Shown here: positions 61,099 through 64,000 of the stretch, piece by piece | Position numbering within the stretch: the first letter of the stretch is position 1 | Layout: each line of letters opens with the position of its first letter | DNA from: Dimorphilus gyrociliatus | Taxonomy: Eukaryota > Animalia > Annelida | Direction of reading: 5' to 3' | Assembly: GCA_904063045.1 (NCBI GenBank) | Contig: CAJFCJ010000008.1 | Location: 744,001-808,000, forward strand | Length of the DNA: 64,000 nt | The notes under the pieces: model-generated | Databases searched by the model: none | Told to the model about the DNA's origin: nothing | The model's input: the letters and a program-made list of their open reading frames with translations, nothing else | Translations under genes and position numbers: made by a program

Positions 61099-63098
61099 AT
61101 GCCGACTAACGTAAACCGTTTCGACGTTACCCTCGACTCTCCAACTGGAATTTACCGTCCAGGAGAGACGATAGTCGGTCACGTCGTTGTTCACGTTACT
61201 CGTCAGCTGCAGATTAACGGTTCGTTACTTGTTTCTATTAGAAGAGCTAAATAGAGTAGGAGGGGAAAATTTCTATTTGCCTTATCTTTTAGTCAGATTC
61301 ATTACCTAATTTAGTCAGTCTATTATAAAAGCCACTATATAAATTTATAAATATGTACAAAAATATAAAATATAAACTAATGAATATTCAAATATTTTAT
61401 ATCAATAGAAAAGTCTACATGACTATATTGAGTGTATAAAAACGTAATATGCTTTTATAGATATTTATAAACCTAATTAATTTTTCTCTATATGTATGTA
61501 TATAAATTATATTCTGAATGAAGAAATTATACATTTATGCATATATATAGTTAAATATACATATATATATATATGTATATATGTGTGTTGCACGCGTAGA
61601 AATCGATGGGGGGCGTTTTATACAACGTAAATATATATACCGCAAACCCCGGCGAGTATATAGAGTGCGGTCGATCGATAGCCCGCGCTAGTAGAGGTGA
61701 GCGACAGCAAATACGATTAAGTGGCCGTAGATTTTGCTGGGAAGTCTAGTATAAATCCACTTCCGTTTTTGTCTGCAGCCCACCTTGCTTCTTTATTCCT
61801 CCCAAGCTGGTCGAGTTCCTCCCTTGTTAATAATTTTCTGCGCTATTTTACTGTCGAAACGTAAAAAACATTGATTCATTTAAACTTTATCCAACTCATT
61901 TTATGATTTATGTCCAGGGATTCATGTATGGGTTCTTGGTCAAACCGAAGTGTCGTGGACAGACAAACCGGGTGGTCGCAAAGTTCATTTCGATTACGAA
62001 ATTTATATGAAAGACTGCATAACGCTATGTGGACGGGGTGAGTTCTATCTATCTATTTATTTCTGTCTGCCATCTCGGCACGTTTCGTCTATCTATATAT
62101 CTGCTTGTCTCTTACTCTTTTACATTTAAAAAAAATCGCGAAACTAGACGGCGCTAACGTCGAAAGGAGAATCGATTTGGGAACTATATAGAATTTATAA
62201 AAAAAATTTTTTTTGTCTAGCACCCAACCAAAGAGGACCAACAACGTCCGAGGAAAAGCCGATATTACCTGCTGGACAGCATGATTATACATTCGAATAC
62301 AAATTACCAGATGTTCTACCAACTTCTTTCGAATCATGCCATGCTTATAAAGGAAAAGTCTACTACCTCCTGAAAGCTCGATTAGATAGCTCTGAGGAGA
62401 AGGTCAGACAAAGCAAAGACAGAACTTTTATAGTTTTATCGAGTCTTGATTTGAATTCGTATCCAAGATGTGCCGAGCTTGTACAAGTTAAGAGAGAAAA
62501 GCATTTGGGGTGCTGCTGTTGTTGTCGTTGTGGCTCAATCACTTGTTTGCTAAGGTTAGACAGAACTGGCTATGTTCCAGGAGAAGACATAAATGTTGAC
62601 GCCGAGTTGCAAAACCATAGTAAGAAAGAGATTACAGCTAGCTATGTTACTATGCAACAAATTGTAACCTTGGAAGCAGGGGGTGTTAGTAAGCAAAGTA
62701 CAGCAGACATATTTCGTATATCGGGAGGGAAAATTAAATCCGGGGGTAGTGCTCTTTATCACGATATCATCCATATTCCACCTTTACCTCCATCCAGGTT
62801 GGATGGCTGTAATCTAGTTCAGATTGACTACGTGATTACCGTAGGTGTACTACCCTCTGGCATGAATGACAGCATTGAAATTTCTGTACCAATTCTCATT
62901 GGCACTGAACCCCTTCTACATGTCATTCCACCCGGAATAACTGTAGGACCTTCATACTCTAGATACAGTCACTCCTCAGGGGAAATCGAAGATTACAGCG
63001 CCGAAGACTACGTCCGTGGGAAATATCAGCATGTTTATACATATTACAAAGCTTTGTATAGGCGAGCCGTTACTCAGGATGGCGAATGCATTTCTTAA
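61099..63098 (+). CDS. ARRDC: Arrestin-domain-containing protein (alpha-arrestin, ARRDC/TXNIP family)
   Basis: MPTNVNRFDVTLDSPTGIYRPGETIVGHVVV|GIHVWVLGQTEVSW..|..LPAGQHDYTFEYKLPDVLPTSFES..GKVYYLLKA..DLNSYP..RTGYVPGEDI..IPPLPPSRLDGCNLVQIDY..IEISVPILIGT. Confidence 0.93.
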
Positions 63099-63861
63099 AA
63101 CCTTTTTTACATGATAATCAAGACTTTAGTTGTTAGCTATATCCTCTTTATTTTTCTCTTCGAAGAAGAGTCGTTGAAGGGTTTTATGAACAATGGAATT
63201 AGTGTTCTTATTATTTCTATCATTATACCTCAACTATTTACGAATTTTATTTTCTCTTTCCTTTCTTATGTTAAGAAGCATGAAGGAAAAAAAGTACCGG
63301 GGAGGGAGAGTTGGTTGCTCTTTTGTCATCAGGTGGCGCTGATCTGTCGAAGTCCTATTAATTTTACAGCTTATTTTGTAAGTGAATATGGAAAAATTAG
63401 TGAACAGAAGAAATGTTATGCTTTTTAAAAATAAAATCTAGCAATGCCTTTACATATTCTTTGTCTATAAATGAAATATATTTATATCCAAATAATCGAA
63501 TTTATTTACAAATTAATTAAAAGTAAAGAGTAAAAAAGCGAGTCGGATTACATGAATCAAGAGAGTTTTACCTTCGCTTAATCGGATTTAGTCTAACTAG
63601 TTAAAATGTAAGAGCCTCGACAAAAGAAAACTGGGAGGAAAAGATTTTCTTTTTGATAGAGATTACCATGCGTAATTCGACAAATACTACCGCATTTGGG
63701 GCGGATAAACCCAGAAGATTGTTCCCGAGCCTATAGTTAAAAATATTTATCAAGAAGGATCCGACAGGGGGCGTATCCCCAGGATAATTGGGGCGGGAAG
63801 ATAGCGTTGGGCCTGAAAGAAAATTTATCGATGGATCGCTCCTTTATGGTATTTATTACGA

Positions 63862-64000
63862 TTATATAAGGGAAGGATTATCGGACTTAATCTTCTTGTA
63901 GACGGCTTTAACAGCGTTCCAAATCTCTTCACCAGTAGGGCGAATTTGTTCCGGTGGAAGTTCCCATCCGAATTCACCCTTATCGCGTAACTCAATGGTG
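63862..64000 (-). CDS. 3' end of an M14A metallocarboxypeptidase (carboxypeptidase A/B-like), truncated by the window end
   Basis: Minus-strand frame TIELRDKGEFGWELPPEQIRPTGEEIWNAVKAVYKKIKSDNPSLI*. Matches the IELRD.G..G..LP..QI.PT.EE.W segment that carries the catalytic Glu. Not in the ORF track. Confidence 0.85.
   Translation of the reverse strand, partial: TIELRDKGEFGWELPPEQIRPTGEEIWNAVKAVYKKIKSDNPSLI

Noticed and set aside
63111-63428. 105-aa hydrophobic ORF after the alpha-arrestin stop codon
   Set aside because: Lies in the AT-rich 3' UTR; low-complexity F/I/L composition typical of spurious ORFs.
63640-63830. GC-richer exon-like stretch downstream of the carboxypeptidase stop (possible alternative C-terminal exons)
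   Set aside because: No consistent donor, acceptor and frame combination could be established.
1-64000. CRISPR arrays, rRNA, tRNA, snRNA and intact transposons
   Set aside because: No regularly spaced repeats, tRNA cloverleafs, recognisable RNA-gene sequence, terminal repeats or transposase/RT ORFs were seen by eye. A tRNAscan/Infernal/RepeatModeler run would be needed to exclude short degenerate elements.

Overview
AT-rich, gene-dense animal genomic DNA with very short GT-AG introns (many about 50-60 nt). The gene complement and compaction suggest a lophotrochozoan, possibly a miniaturised annelid such as Dimorphilus (inference only). No prokaryotic features, CRISPR array, rRNA, tRNA or intact transposon were found. 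Gene models were spliced and translated by hand, in this order: PSMD13 (-, truncated by the window edge); two tandem peptide-receptor-like class A GPCRs (+); an IGFBP-domain secreted protein (+); a calmodulin-like gene (-); an HSL/GDXG esterase (-); a 3-exon prohormone-like gene absent from the ORF track (+); a coiled-coil orphan (+); a divergent fructosamine-3-kinase-like gene (-); AT-rich orphan ORFs (+); ACADVL (-) head-to-head with SPRYD7 (+); a small type I membrane protein with an LRP3/10/12-like TM segment and PPxY (-); a divergent FoxQ2 (-); a degenerate bHLH-ZIP-like ORF (+); Pim kinase (+); a ~7 kb motif-rich intergenic region; an endophilin B with no detectable SH3 exon (+); an anoctamin (+); Oaz/ZNF423-521 (+); an alpha-arrestin (+); and the 3' end of an M14 carboxypeptidase (-). 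Main finding: the anoctamin has two tandem, equal-length (81 nt, phase 0) paralogous exons for the distal half of TM10, very probably mutually exclusive, differing by Asp versus Arg at a position that forms part of the third Ca2+ site in TMEM16A. Also notable are the hidden prohormone-like gene and the alpha-arrestin leader, which carries a 62-codon AUG-free in-frame extension plus an overlapping uORF.
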